Source: Eledone cirrhosa (Eukaryota). From it: a stretch of DNA of 64,000 bases. How positions within the stretch are numbered: position 1 is the stretch's first letter; each line of letters starts with the position of its first letter. The translations under genes and the position numbers were made by a program. Shown piece after piece: positions 12,693 to 25,049 of this stretch. Below the pieces are notes generated by a model. The model did not search any database, was not told the DNA's origin, and saw only the letters and a list, made by a program, of their open reading frames with translations. The stretch covers positions 39,680,001-39,744,000 of the forward strand of contig OZ024744.1 in the NCBI GenBank assembly GCA_964016885.1. Reading direction: 5' to 3'.

Positions 12693-13027
12693 TCATCATC
12701 ATCATCATACGTCCGCTTTTCCCTGCTTGCAAGGGTGGGACGGGAACTGATTCTGGCTTGATTTCTACAGCTGGATGCCCTTCCTAACACCAACCTCATT
12801 TACAGTGAGTACTGGGTGCTTTTTTGTCGTGGCACCTCCACGACCACTTTGCAGTGGAATGATAGGGATCCCCAGTCCCTATCATCTCATTTCTACAGCT
12901 GAGTAAACTGGAGCAATGTGAAATAAAGTGTCTTGCTCAAGGAAACAACACATCACCTGGTCTGAGAATTGAACTCACAACCTTTCGATTGCAAGGCCAA
13001 TGCTCTAACCACTAAGCCATGTGCCTC
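12693..13027 (-). mobile_element. tRNA-derived SINE (type 1) with RTE-B-type 3' tail
   Basis: A box TGGCTTAGTGG, B-box-like GAGTTCAATTC, CCTTGAGCAAGACACTT central block, (GAT)n tail. Confidence 0.9.
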
Positions 13028-13169
13028 TATTTTATATATATAGATAGATAAATCCTTAACCATGAAAATATAGTAATAAATATAGAGTAATGTAATTGCT
13101 AAAGGGTTGAGCCTATTGAAGTTGATATTATCTTCCATTCCACTGTTATTTTAAGGAACATTTCACTCT

Positions 13170-14100
13170 GTTTGAACTGGTGGGTGGGTCTTCTTCAGCA
13201 CTAGAGTCTCCACTCATAATGATTCTTTATGAAGTGCAGCTTCTTGAGATCAGTGATCATTACTTCACCATATGTCTTCCTTCATCTTTCTCTTCCATAG
13301 GTTCCATATGTATCACATAACTATACCAGTGCAATTATCTCTCTTGTACACCATATCCAATTTCTCTTATATCTCAGCTTCTGTACATTCCATCATTCAT
13401 GTACCTAATATTGCACATCCCGTGGATGGTGTTTACTTAATTTCATTCCAGCCATCACATCCTCATTCAAGGCCTACAGCTCATTATCTTATAACACCAC
13501 ACTTTGCACATTCTTCATACAATATCGCTTTCATTCTAAGAAACAAAACCTTAGTTGTCAAAAGATAACAGTTCTTTTAACTTTTCCCACTGTCCTCACT
13601 CTGGTTACTACACCTTTGGTACAAATACCTCCTCTGCTAATTAAGTCACTTAGGTAGCAAAAGCTGGTGATAATTTCTAGTGAACCTTCCAGGCATTTGA
13701 GAAAATTTATTTCTTGTGTATTCTTTTTGATAACTTCTCCTGTATATATGTTACAAACAATGTCTACCGTCTACACTGGCTAGACTTTATGGCAATTCTG
13801 CCTACCTATTTTCTGTATATTGAGCATAGTAGTTTCCCTGATGCTATCAGTGACCTGTCCTGAATTTTTACTTACTAGAATTTTTTTTTTCTAAATTTAT
13901 TTAAAGTCCTTTTGATTTCAGACTTTGCTTCCATGCCTGGAATTTCTTCTCTAAGTCTTCTGTAAGCATTAGGTCATTAGCATAGGAGAGTTCTAATGGG
14001 CAGCTAGTCTTATAGTCCTCTAAGCCATAATAGAGTTTAATAAACAAGAGGGAGTTCTTATTTGGAATTATGACCCCTAAATGGTCTACAGGACCATGTC
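13170..14100 (-). mobile_element. Old degenerate RTE fragment
   Basis: Translated remnant CPLELSYANDL...KKFQAWKQSLKSKGL; SFCYLSDLI-like remnant downstream. Confidence 0.75.
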
Positions 14101-14849
14101 CATTTTCATACATTTCATTTTGGCATGGTTTTTATGGTTAGATGCTCTTCATAATATGAAGCACTTTACAGAGTGTAGTGGATGCATTTTATCATGGCAC
14201 CAACCCTAAAGAGTCCCTTTCTACTCTACATTGTCTCTGTTCATTTGCAGTGTGTATAGGGTGCATTTCCTCATCCTCTTTGCAAAACTAAAGTGTCATC
14301 TCCACTAAGGGTTGACCCCATTCTTTCACAGCAAATCTGACTGACAAGAAGATGGTGAAAGAAGACGGGGTATAAATATGAGTTTGATGAGGAAACAGTG
14401 CTAGTTCAGGAGTAATGGTTGAGACAGTGATAACTACATGTTAGTTGTAGATATAGAAATTGAATAAGAAGCAGCATGACCAGCATAATGGGATAGCAAT
14501 ACAGATGTCATAATAAGTGAGTGAGTGACAGGTAGCAATAGAGTTGGCAGATCTCAATGTATGTATATATATTTCTCTTTCTCTTAATTTCAAGTACATT
14601 TTTGATTGGCCACCTTCCTGGTGGCAAGGTTGTAAAAGAAAAGAAATTGTCATCCCTTGAATTGCAAGAGTGTTTTGCAAATGTTGAAGGTACCAGCTAT
14701 TGCAACCATTTGTAGTCTTTGAATTAGGGAGCTGTGCTCTTTGTCCACAAATCCAAATTCAGTCATACTTTGGTCCAAGTGGGTTGGTATATAACCCGTA
14801 GCTCCAATAATGAAGCTGAAGGTGTATCTTGGATACTAGATCTGCAAAC

Positions 14850-15260
14850 TCCTCATCAATGGTCTGTAGATGTCCTCCTCCTTTTTCTTACAACGTTGAC
14901 ATTGAGTGGGCAGCTGATCTCTACAACAGAACATGTTTTCAATGTGTGGTCCCAAACAACAATATCAGGCTGGTTGTGTTTTAATTTGGTGGCAGTTTTT
15001 ATTTTAGGTTCTACCAGTATTCCATGTAGGCATGTCAAACGACAACTAATTGCTCACATTACAACTAATTTTACAAAGATAAAACATGCTCGTGCTGTAA
15101 AAACCTTTGTGCGGGCTACAGGTGTGCCCACAGGCCGCATGTTTGACATGCCTGCCTTAGTGCTATCTATCTTGACATATTCCTCCACATTTTTAATTTT
15201 GCTTTCCTAAGTACGTTCCAGATGGTTCTATCTATCACATTGTGTCTCATAGGGAGGTAG
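14850..15260 (-). mobile_element. RLE-type non-LTR retrotransposon fragment (R4/Dong-like endonuclease)
   Basis: RHNVIDRTIWNVLRK followed by TATKLKHNQPDIVVWD...VVEISCP (RH + PD-(D/E)xK endonuclease). Confidence 0.7.
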
Positions 15261-16066
15261 TAACTTAGTTCAAATGTTACTGAGGTTGATTTTAACCTTT
15301 TATCCTTCCTAGGTAGATAAAATAAAGTACCATTTAAGTACTGGGGTTGATATAATAGTCTTTTCCTATCCCCCAAATTGTTGGCCCTGTGCCTATATTA
15401 GACAGATTTATTATTTACATATCCTAACCTGAATTATTATCTCTTCAACACACTTCCACTGAAAGCTTTCAAAACTTATCATTCTCTACTAACTCATTCA
15501 CTCAGTCAGTCTTTTGGGGTAATTAATAAATGAACGTCTGTTCACACCCAAATTCATAACAATGTACTTATAATGTATTTATAACAAATTTATAACAAGC
15601 CTGTACTTGGTTACTCTATAGGCTAGAAATAACAGCCAAATCTCCCTCAAATGATACTCTGCTGATTAAGAAATGAATGGAAAGACATCATCTGATAATG
15701 TTGTCAAATACATTATACTACTGGATTCCTCAGAATCATTAAACATTACAAAAAACTAACATGACACTTCTGTACAAGAACATTTTTAGACTCATTCTCT
15801 CTTATATACACATATATATACATTAGGTCCGAACACAAAAGAACCAAACTCTCACTGCCTCTGTCTCTCTTGCTCTCGTCATCACTCACTATTGTGAGCA
15901 AATTCTCACTCATACTCTATCGCTTTGAGAAAGGAAAGAATACATTGGATAACATAGTCCTACATACCTATAAAAAGACAAGATGGTCATGACTGGAATA
16001 CTTTTGATCATAGGTTTACTCAAGTAGAGTTGATCTGGGGATAAACTAACCACTAAATCACTCTAT

Positions 16067-16460
16067 CATCATCATCATCATCATCATCATTTTACGTCCG
16101 CTTTTCCCCTGCTTGCAAGGGTGGGACGGGAACTGATTCTGGCTTGACTTCTACAGCTGAATGCCCTTCCTAACACCAACCTCATTTACAGTGAGTGCTG
16201 GGTGCTTTTTATCCGTGGCGCCTACATGTCCACTTTAGAGTGTAGGCTGGGTGCTTTTTTGCCATGGCACCTCCACGGCCACTTTGTAGTGGAATGATAG
16301 GGACCCCACTCCTATCATCTCATTTCTACAGCTGAGTAAACTGGAGCAATGTGAAATAAAGAGTCTTGCTCAAGGAAACAACACATCACCCGGTCTGAGA
16401 ATTGAACTCACAACCTTTCGATTACAAGGCCAATGCTCTAACCACTAAGCCATGTGCCTC
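16067..16460 (-). mobile_element. Type-1 SINE, full length
   Basis: Same family as 12693-13027; possible TSD CTCTAT at 16061-16066 and 16458-16463. Confidence 0.9.
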
Positions 16461-16496
16461 TATATTACTGTCAAACAACTGTTCACTATTTATTTA

Positions 16497-16707
16497 CTGT
16501 ATATACTTGAATATAAGCCGATTTGAATATAAGTCAACCCCACTATTTTATGCCTGAGAAATAAGCTAAAATTTAAACCCCATTTATAAGCAGAGGCAGC
16601 TAATCAACACATGTTTAGATGGTGAATATAAGACGACCCCACCTCCCATTTTACCATCAATTTTATTTTGGTCCTATATTCATCGGCTTATATTTGAGTA
16701 TATACAG
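16497..16707. mobile_element. Tc1/mariner (Tc2/pogo-like) MITE
   Basis: TA|CTGTATATACTTGAATATAAGCCGA ... TCGGCTTATATTTGAGTATATACAG|TA. Confidence 0.85.
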
Positions 16708-16892
16708 TATTTGAAATCATTCAGTTTAGAATATGTAAACCATATCCCTGCATGTTGTAATAGGTGACTAAAAGAGTTGGTCCCAGGAAGGGTATATGGC
16801 TGTAAAACATTGCTTTGAAAAGGACCCCATGAGTTTAAAGCTTATTATGGTGTCCCCAAAGCTATCCCCTTGTTTTAACAGGAAAAATAGCC

Positions 16893-17107
16893 TTAACCCT
16901 TTGTTACCATATTTCAAATGACATGCACTTCAATTCAATTATTAACAAAGAACTTGTGGGTAGGGAAGTTTTCTAAAATTATTAATTCATTATTTAATAT
17001 AAGATAATGTTGGAAGGTTTTAATTTATATAGGGACCCTTAAATATTGGTGGTTTTGTTTAAAAAAACTAGAGCTGGTTTCAGCTAGATTGATATCATAA
17101 AGGTTAA
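16893..17107. mobile_element. Degenerate TTAA-type MITE
   Basis: TTAACCCTTTGTTACCA ... TGATATCATAAAGGTTAA. Confidence 0.5.
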
Positions 17108-18039
17108 AATGTTTGTAATTATTTACTGTTTCAAATAAAATATTAAGTATGGTTAGGAAATTAACAGATATGAGTAAGAAAGATAGTTGATCTCACTGTT
17201 ACAGACATGGTGTGATACACCTGATAAATGATAACATGTGAGGGTGTCAAGTGTTTCTGAGTAGAAGAATCCATGGAAAAGGAAATAACTGGAAGTGCTG
17301 AATGTTGATCTTAGGATGCTGAAGAGATATCATCATCATCATTTAATGTCCATTTTCCAGCTACCATGGGTAGGATAGGCTGTCCCTTTGTGAGAGATCA
17401 GGTCAGAGGACCGTGATTCGCTCACACAGAACTGATTTTGGCTTAGTTTCTACAGCTGGATGCCCTTCCTAATGCCAACCATATTTACAGTGTGTGTTGG
17501 GTATGTGATAAAATATTGTATTGGAGCAGATCTATTCAACTCAAGACCCATTGAGCCACCATTGAAGGTTTCATTTTTTCATGTAGATGTATATGTGGAA
17601 TATTTTGTAGTGGTTTATCTAATCAATTGCTCTGTTTTACACGGGTTTCTTTAGTGGAGTCCACTTTATTGACAACATTCAGACCAGGTCTCTGATTCTG
17701 TGTATAACTCACATGTCAGGGTTTCTTCTTTTTCGCTTGCCATTCTTAGAGTAAGAGCCTACAGAAAAAAAGATGGTTGCAGTGTTTCTTTTAAGTAATA
17801 ATGGTTTCTGATTTAGGAGGGGAAAGTAGATTAAATCAACCTCAGTGTATACTGGTGCTTTATTTTATTGACCCCGTAAGGATGAAAGGCAAAGCTAACC
17901 TCAGTGGGATTTGAACTCAGAACATAAAGGGCTGTAACTAAATACTGCAAAGCATGTTGTCTGATGCTCTAGCGATTCTGCCACTCCACTGCTTTTTTAA
18001 AAGTAATAACAACATTAAATAAGTAATAGTAATGTTATT

Positions 18040-18335
18040 TGATAGAGTGTGTAACTCAAAGATCAGAGAGTTGCTCCAGGTAGAGCTGCTACTTCTCTGA
18101 ATTGAGAGATTACAGCTCCAATACTATGGACACATGGTTAAATTGTCTCAGGAAAGAATCGCTGGAGAGATTTTAGAGGTAAAACCAACTGGCAGGAGAC
18201 CCAGGCATAGACCTTGAGCAAGATGGTTGGATAACATCCATGAGCTCTGCTGGTCTTGCTTGGGGATCCAACTGGAAGGAAATTTTGAGGACTCTGCCCC
18301 AATGACCCTCCCAGGAATAAGTGGGGGAAGAAGAT
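18040..18335 (+). mobile_element. Old Rex3/Expander-like RTE 3' fragment (relatives at ~20615-20900, ~22560-22760, ~30850-31220)
   Basis: Translates to DRVCNSKIRELLQVE...QLQYYGHM...KPTGRRPR..RWLDNI. Confidence 0.7.
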
Positions 18336-18349
18336 AATAATAATAATAA

Positions 18350-18720
18350 TGTCTTCTAATTATGTATCTATCCCTATAGATATATCTATCAAGGAAATGG
18401 AGAAATTCTCCAAATATAAATATCTAGAGATAGAAATAACCTGAATGTGAATGATGAAGACAGAAACAATACCTATAATAATAGGTGCTCTGGGAATGAT
18501 AAAAAACACACAGACAATTACATAACCAAAACTCCAGGACTTATATATATATACAGCATACAAAAGATAGCACTACTAGGCACTGCACACATATGAAGAG
18601 TTCTATCAATACAATAGAAACATCAGCATACTACACTGCTCTTACGCAAGGTGCACAGAGCTGTGTTTGGTAATACAGTGACAATGAACAATAAAAATAA
18701 GACTATCTATAACAATAATT
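18350..18720 (+). mobile_element. Dong/R4-like LINE 3' fragment next to (TAA)n
   Basis: Translates to EMEKFSKYKYLEIEI...TIPIIIGALGMIK...IQKIALLGTAHI. Confidence 0.75.
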
Positions 18721-21700
18721 GTTTCTAATTTAGGCACAAGGCCTGTGTGTAACTGGCACTTATTTTATTGAACTCGTAAGGATGAAAAGCATAGCTAACC
18801 TTGGCAGGATTTGAACTCAGAACGTAAAGGGATATAATAGTAATGATAATAATAATGATTTCTACTATAGGCACAAGACCAGCAATTTGGGGAGAGGGAA
18901 AAGCCAATTAAATTGATTCCAATGTGTTACTGGTGCTTTATTTTATTGGCCCCGTAAGGATGAAAGACAAAGCTAACCTTGGCAGGATTTAAACTCAGAA
19001 TGTAAAGAGCTGCAACTCTATGTCACAAAGCGTAATGTCCGATGCTCTGGAAAAGAAGAAAATCAGTTTGGCAGACCCATCTTTCTACAAGATATTTTAA
19101 CTAGTAGCATATATTGTGTTCTATGCAGGGTCATACACCCACTAAAGATGGCCAATTATCCTTACAATAATTCTGTTCTTACAGTGTTGATATTATCTGT
19201 TCATAGTTTATTTTCAAATCTAATAATATACATTGAGAAACAAAGATTAGGTCACGTTTAAGTTGTATTTTGTCTAAGAAATATCCTAAAATATTTTTAT
19301 TTTTTAGAGCAACCCGCTATAAAAAGCTTCCCAAACAAATAGTTGGAAGGACCCTTTAATTGTGTTAAGCATATGACAGCCTCCTTTATGTTGACAACCT
19401 ACACAATAAATGCACCCACTACTACCTGTTGTTAAGTTGTTGGTGATAGGAAGAGCATCCAGCTATAGAAACCTTGCCAAATAATGGGTTGGGAGGACTC
19501 TTTAGTCATGTTGAGGACATAACAGCTTCCTTAGTGTCAGTGACCTACATAATAAATGCACCTGGTACATGCTGTAAAGGGGTTGGTGATAGGAAGGTCA
19601 TCCAGCTATAGAAAGCTTACCAAATGAAGGGTTGGAAGAACCCTTCAGTTGTGTCAAAGACATGACAACCTCTCCTCTGCACTTGGTAGAATGTGAAACA
19701 ATACATAAGTGAGATGTAGATCTTTGGCCTGTCTGGGAGTTCAGTAGCCCCATGTCAGTACTGACTTGGTCTATGTAGATTCATCCAACCCTTGTTAGCA
19801 GGGAAAGCAGACATTAATATAATGATGATGATGAACACTTATGCCATAGTAGTAATTTCAGCGTGGTAGCCCCACTTCCTGCAGCAATAAACACCATATA
19901 CCACTGATATATATTCTAATTATTATATATACTCACTTACATTGGAATATGAGATGTCTTGAATATATTTCAGTTGGTATCCGAGAATGTTTAGAATTAC
20001 TTTTTTAGACCAATTACTTCCCTTTGAAAGTCTAACCTGCTTTGGAAGGGGTACACTATCTGTTGGTCATAACTCCTGACAGAAGTGCTTTTCCAGGGAG
20101 AGGAGGTAAGATTTGAACTCAAAATGTAAAGATCTTGAAAAGATACCACAAAACATCCTGCCTGTCTATTTTAACAACTTGACTAATCCACTATCCCTTT
20201 ATTTATTAATTCTGAAAGGATGAAAGGCAATGTTGATCTCAGTAGGATTTGAACTCAGAAAGCACTGGGCTAGAACAAATAGCTCTGCTCATGTATTTTC
20301 CAATGTTTCTAGTCAGTAGGATGTAATTTGAAAGAAATTTGGCTGCCTTTCTTAGCAATCAAGCAGCCACATAGATGTTCACATAGTTTCCTTTAATCAA
20401 TTAAACTTACTGACTTTGTAAATGATTATCTTTGTCTAATTAGTGTATTCAATAGTAAGCAGACTTCATGTAGTGCACTATCAGTTCTTATGCGACTCAG
20501 AGTAGCTATACTGCTTATAAAACCAAGCCAAATGAGTCTTTGTGGTCATGTGACTTGGTAGAAATAGCAGACACATTTCAGCAATTTTCGAATTTTTGAA
20601 ATAAGAATATGATCATGAAAACAAGTGACCGAAACTAGGTTCTTCTGAAGTATCTGGACTAATGTTAGTCACTAAGGCATATAACTTGGCGATCAGAAAG
20701 TCACTCCAGATTTTATTGACAAAGTTAACTGGCAGGAAACCCAGAATTAGACCATGAGCTAGATGGCTGGATAACATCCATGAGCTCAGTTTCTTTTGCT
20801 GGAGGTGGTTGTTTCTGATAGGAACCTCTGGAAGGCATGTCTGAGGTCTCTGCCCCCCCCCCCTCCCCCCTCCCACAAACCTCCCAAGAATAAGTGAATC
20901 AAGAATTTGAAGAGATTTTCTTATTGTTAAGCTGGTATTTGGAAGATACCAAAGGTTCTTGCCTTAAATTATGATGAACATTTTTTTAGATAAATATAAA
21001 CCTTTTAAAACAAAGTTTTGTATATTGTAACCATAGGTGGTTTCAGGTAATCTAATTTAGAGTTGGTTCATAGAAGAAGAGGAATTTTGGCGCTGAAACG
21101 GTGAATTGACAGATCCATTAGGGTATAACAGTATTTTTTTCAGCTCTTTACACTTTCTATGTGTTCAAATACTGCCTTGCTTTTTATTCTTTACAGAGTT
21201 GATAAAATATAGGACCAGTCAACAGTTCAGAATTGTTAGTCAGACAAATGCTTTGCGATGCAAGCTTCTTAACTTCTCAACTGTGTCTGTGAACAAACAC
21301 ACACACACGTGCATGCACGCACGCATGCACACACATGTACATATACATAAACACAAACACACATGTACATACATACGTGTACATATGCATAGACACATAC
21401 ACACACATATACATACATACATATACATATATACAGAAATACATACACATATATGTGTAATGCTAAATGTTTTAAAGTCATATCTATCTATTTTCCCGGT
21501 CTTCAGTGATTTACCATTCTAAGCCTTTCTCTAATACACTTTAATCTTATTATTTGAGGTTCTATTCTAAGCATTCTCTTCATCTATTGTCCTAAGCCAA
21601 GGTTGATGGCAATCATGAGACTATGTATTCCTCCATTATATTTAATGCTATTGATCTAGCATTTAACCTTTTTGATACCAAACTGCCTGAAACCATGTCA

Positions 21701-22767
21701 GGTACTATGATACAAAATATTGGTATTTATTCAGAAATTTTACATAAGAATCTTTGTAAAGTTATGTTCCAGACACCAGTTTAATAATGAGAAAATTAGT
21801 TATATTACTAAATCCCTCCAAGTTCTTGATTATTTTTCAAATTATTTGAAAAACCATAGGCAGTGTTTTTCATTAGAAATATTTCTAACAAAAGGGCCAA
21901 TCTTTGCTCCTTCAGTTCTAGTAAATTTCTGCCATATTTTGCCATATTTATTCTGACTTGGGTAGCACAGTGTTTTTCTTTTTCCTTTTTCATAGAGCAA
22001 AATAATTTTGCTTCTTGTGAATATCTCACAGCCTGTCTGAATTCTTAGTGCTATTATAACTTCCTTAATTTCAAAGAGATGTGGTACAATGGCTGAATAA
22101 TTGAAATGCTCAGCTATTTATTTGCTGTTGTGTTTTATTGTTTAATCCCTTGACTGAGCAGATCTATATTCAAATACATTTCAGCTGGCTGAGCATACCT
22201 TGTACATCTGAGACAACATTGTTCAAGATGTCATTCATTTTTTCAGATGAGGGGGATTTGTTTGCTATCTATAGCAAGTATAGCACATCTGACATATTAA
22301 TCAATCCTGTTAAAGTTGGTAAAGTATAATTTGAAGGAGACATTGTTACCATTTTTAGCAAATGAAGTCACTGAATAAGTTTCTGTATGCTTTTTTTTTT
22401 GTTATTTGGTTAAGATGAAAATATATTTGTTCTTATCTGCTTAATATCTAATATGTCCCTAATATAGAATTTTTTTTATTTTAAACTTGTTTATCGGTTG
22501 TGCAAGTTGTGAGTGTCTCTTATCATAGGTATTGAATTTTGTACAAAGTAATAAATAGGTCTCCTGCCAGTTATGGACAGATTTTATGGGTAAACCCAAT
22601 TGGTAGGAGACCCAGTGGTAGACCCTGATGGCTGGATAACATCCATGAATGAGTTCAGCTGGTCTCACATGGGGATCCAGCCAGATCAGTTGGAAACAGT
22701 TGCTTCTGTCAGGACCTGCTGGAAGGAGTGTCTCCACGACCTTCTCAGTGGGCAAAGAAGTAATAAA

Positions 22768-22945
22768 TAGGCACAGGCATAGCTATGTGGTTAAGGAGTT
22801 TGCTTTGCAACCATGTGAACTTGGGTTCTATCCCACTGTATGATACTTTGGTCAAATGTCTTTATAGCCATAAGCTGATAAATGCTTTGTGAGTGAATTT
22901 AGTAGATGGAAATTGTGTGGAAGCTCATTGTGTGTGTGTGAGTTT
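22768..22945 (+). mobile_element. Degenerate tRNA-derived SINE ending in (TG)n
   Basis: Head GGCATAGCTATGTGGTTAAG...GGGTTCTATCCCACTG. Confidence 0.55.
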
Positions 22946-23280
22946 GCTCACACACTAGTTGCTACATATAATAAAGTCTGTAGTAACAGTTGATTATATC
23001 TCTCATAAACAATACATCCAGCAACATAGGGGTTTGACAGGTTTCATACTTAGAATAAGGTATGGGTTGGTGTTAGGAAGGACATATGACTAGAAAACCT
23101 TCCAGAAAAGGATCTCATCGAACCCATGTAAGCATGGAGAAAAAAACATGAAAACTATGATGATGACAATACTTAATTTTTCTTTTTGTCATGACTAGCT
23201 AAAAAGCACATATTTTGGGGTTCCATTTATTAATTTTTGATCTAATTTCTTTTCTTTTTTTCTTTCAGAATCTATACACA

Positions 23281-23503
23281 ATGGTGCATAAAAAAAGCAC
23301 TTGTGATCGTTCTGCATATATTCAGTTTAAAAATTGTTGGATTATTGCTGACAATGAACTTATAAAAGAAGACTTATGGTGCCAAGGTGGAAAAATTGTT
23401 AATCCAGAAAAGGTTTTTTTTGATGAGAAAGTTGTTGCTGATGTAGAAATCGATTGTAAAGGTGCCATAATTAGTGCTGGTTTTATTGATGTACAGATAA
23501 ATG
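23281..23503 (+). CDS. AMDHD2: First coding exon of N-acetylglucosamine-6-phosphate deacetylase (AMDHD2/nagA); exon 23269-23503
   Basis: MVHKK...IQFKNCWII...EDLWCQGGKIVNPEKVFFDEKVVADVEIDCKGAIISAGFIDVQING is the AMDHD2 N-terminus; polypyrimidine-CAG acceptor ends at 23268; GTAATG donor at 23504 (phase 1). Confidence 0.92.
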
Positions 23504-23729
23504 GTAATGTACTTGATATCAACATTTTGATATTTAAATTTCGTCTTTCATTAATTAATTAATTACCATATTTACTTGTGTATATGTTGCAACTGTAATG
23601 TCACTGTCACATTTCCATTTTCATACGATATATTTACAATGTACTATATATTTTGAATTGAGGTTTTGCAGATCCAGTAGATAAGTTGCATATCATATTT
23701 TCACAGAAAAATGTCCCACTATTACATAA

Positions 23730-23765
<36 letters not shown>

Positions 23766-23870
23766 ATGGATGTAAAACATGATGATGATGATGATGATAT
23801 ATATATATAAATGTTGCGGCGATGTATTTGTTTTGCAAGGTTTTTGATATGAAATCGTGTATTGAAACAG

Positions 23871-24077
23871 ATATTGTTATATTTGGGGAGGGTCATGTTG
23901 TCCTAATATTGCCAGAAAAATATAGTAAAACACACTCACTGTTTGGTTTGGTTTTCACTTCAGTATATTTTTATATTTCTATAAACTGAAGCGAAATCTA
24001 ACCTGAACAGTGAGTGTGTTTTACTATATTTTTCTGACAATATTATGACAACATGACCCTCCCAAATATAACAATAT
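23871..24077. repeat. Long inverted repeat (~90-bp arms), palindromic MITE-like element
   Basis: ATATTGTTATATTTGGGGAGGGTCATGTTGTC...CTTCAGT pairs with ACTGAAG...GACAACATGACCCTCCCAAATATAACAATAT. Confidence 0.9.
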
Positions 24078-24137
24078 GTATATATACTTGTGTATAATCA
24101 TGCCACCATTTTACATACATTTATAATAAATATATAT

Positions 24138-24322
24138 GGCGGTGGATTGGCAGTATCGGTAGAGGGTCGGACGCCATGCTTTCCAGCATAGTTACGTCCC
24201 TTTACGATCTGTGTTCAAATCCCGCCGAGGTTGACTTTGCCTTTCATCCTTACGGGGTCGATAAAATAAAGTACCAGTAAAGCACTGGGTAATTGCTGGC
24301 CTTGTGCCTAAAGTAGAAACAA
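24138..24322 (+). mobile_element. tRNA-derived SINE (type 2, Deu/Nin-like central domain)
   Basis: A box TGGCAGTATCGG, B box GTTCAAATCC, GCCTTTCATCCTTACGGGGTCGATAAAATAAAGTACCAG; flanked by a 68-bp direct repeat. Confidence 0.9.
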
Positions 24323-24477
24323 TATGCATATATACTTGTGTATAATCATGCCGCCATTTTACATACATTTATAATAAATATATATTTTGAATTGATGTTC
24401 TGTAGGTCGAGTAAATAAACCACATGCTGGTTTTTCACATCTTATTCATGTGGAAAACAGTATGACTTATACGCAAG

Positions 24478-24728
24478 TCATCATCATCGTTTAATGTCTA
24501 TCTTCCACGCTAGCATGGGTTAGACAGTTGTCCCACTTGAGGCAAGGTTGGTCGGGTGACCGTGTCTCGCTCGTATAGGACTATCTGGCAGGTTTTCTAC
24601 GGCTGGATGCCCTTCTTAACACCAACCACATTTACAGTGTGGACTGGGAACTTTTTACCGTGTTACCTACACGGCCACATTACAGCGTGGACTGTGTGTC
24701 TTTTTGTCGTGACATCTACACGATCTCG
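24478..24728 (-). mobile_element. RTE-A 3' UTR-only insertion
   Basis: (TCA)n tail and A-type 3' UTR. Confidence 0.8.
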
Positions 24729-25049
24729 ATTTCATTTCATGGTAATTGACTATAGTTTTATTTCAAAAACTCTATTTCTGAAATTTTAAAAGTTGCGTTG
24801 ATTCTTTTTTTTCTATTATTTTTTTGTATACTTAAATATATTGTATACTCAGATAAAAGGGTTGACACCAGCAATGGTATCTAGACATAAAACATTGCCT
24901 CAAAGAAGACCCACATAATATGTATGAAGCTTGTCTTGGCACCTACAAAGTAAACTACAGCTTTAGTATAGAAAATGTCTTCAAAATGCTTGTTGTTGCT
25001 ATATCTTCTCAAGTAAACAACACCTTTGTGTTCAGCCCAGGATCTAAAT

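Larger units (their letters stand above)
7963..13048 (-). mobile_element. Non-autonomous Helitron (hosting RTE-A, RTE-B and a SINE)
   Basis: On the minus strand it begins TCTATCTATATATATAAAA, followed by a GT microsatellite, and ends CCCATGCAACGTTGGG hairpin ...CTAG. Inserted between A and T with no TSD. Internal imperfect repeats containing CAAATTTGA at ~8390-8730 and ~12600-12650. Confidence 0.85.
7816..13106. mobile_element. piggyBac-type (TTAA) MITE of ~200 bp, split by a Helitron
   Basis: TTAA|CCCTTTAGCA ... TGCTAAAGGG|TTGA; an uninterrupted related copy lies at ~38195-38414. Confidence 0.8.
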
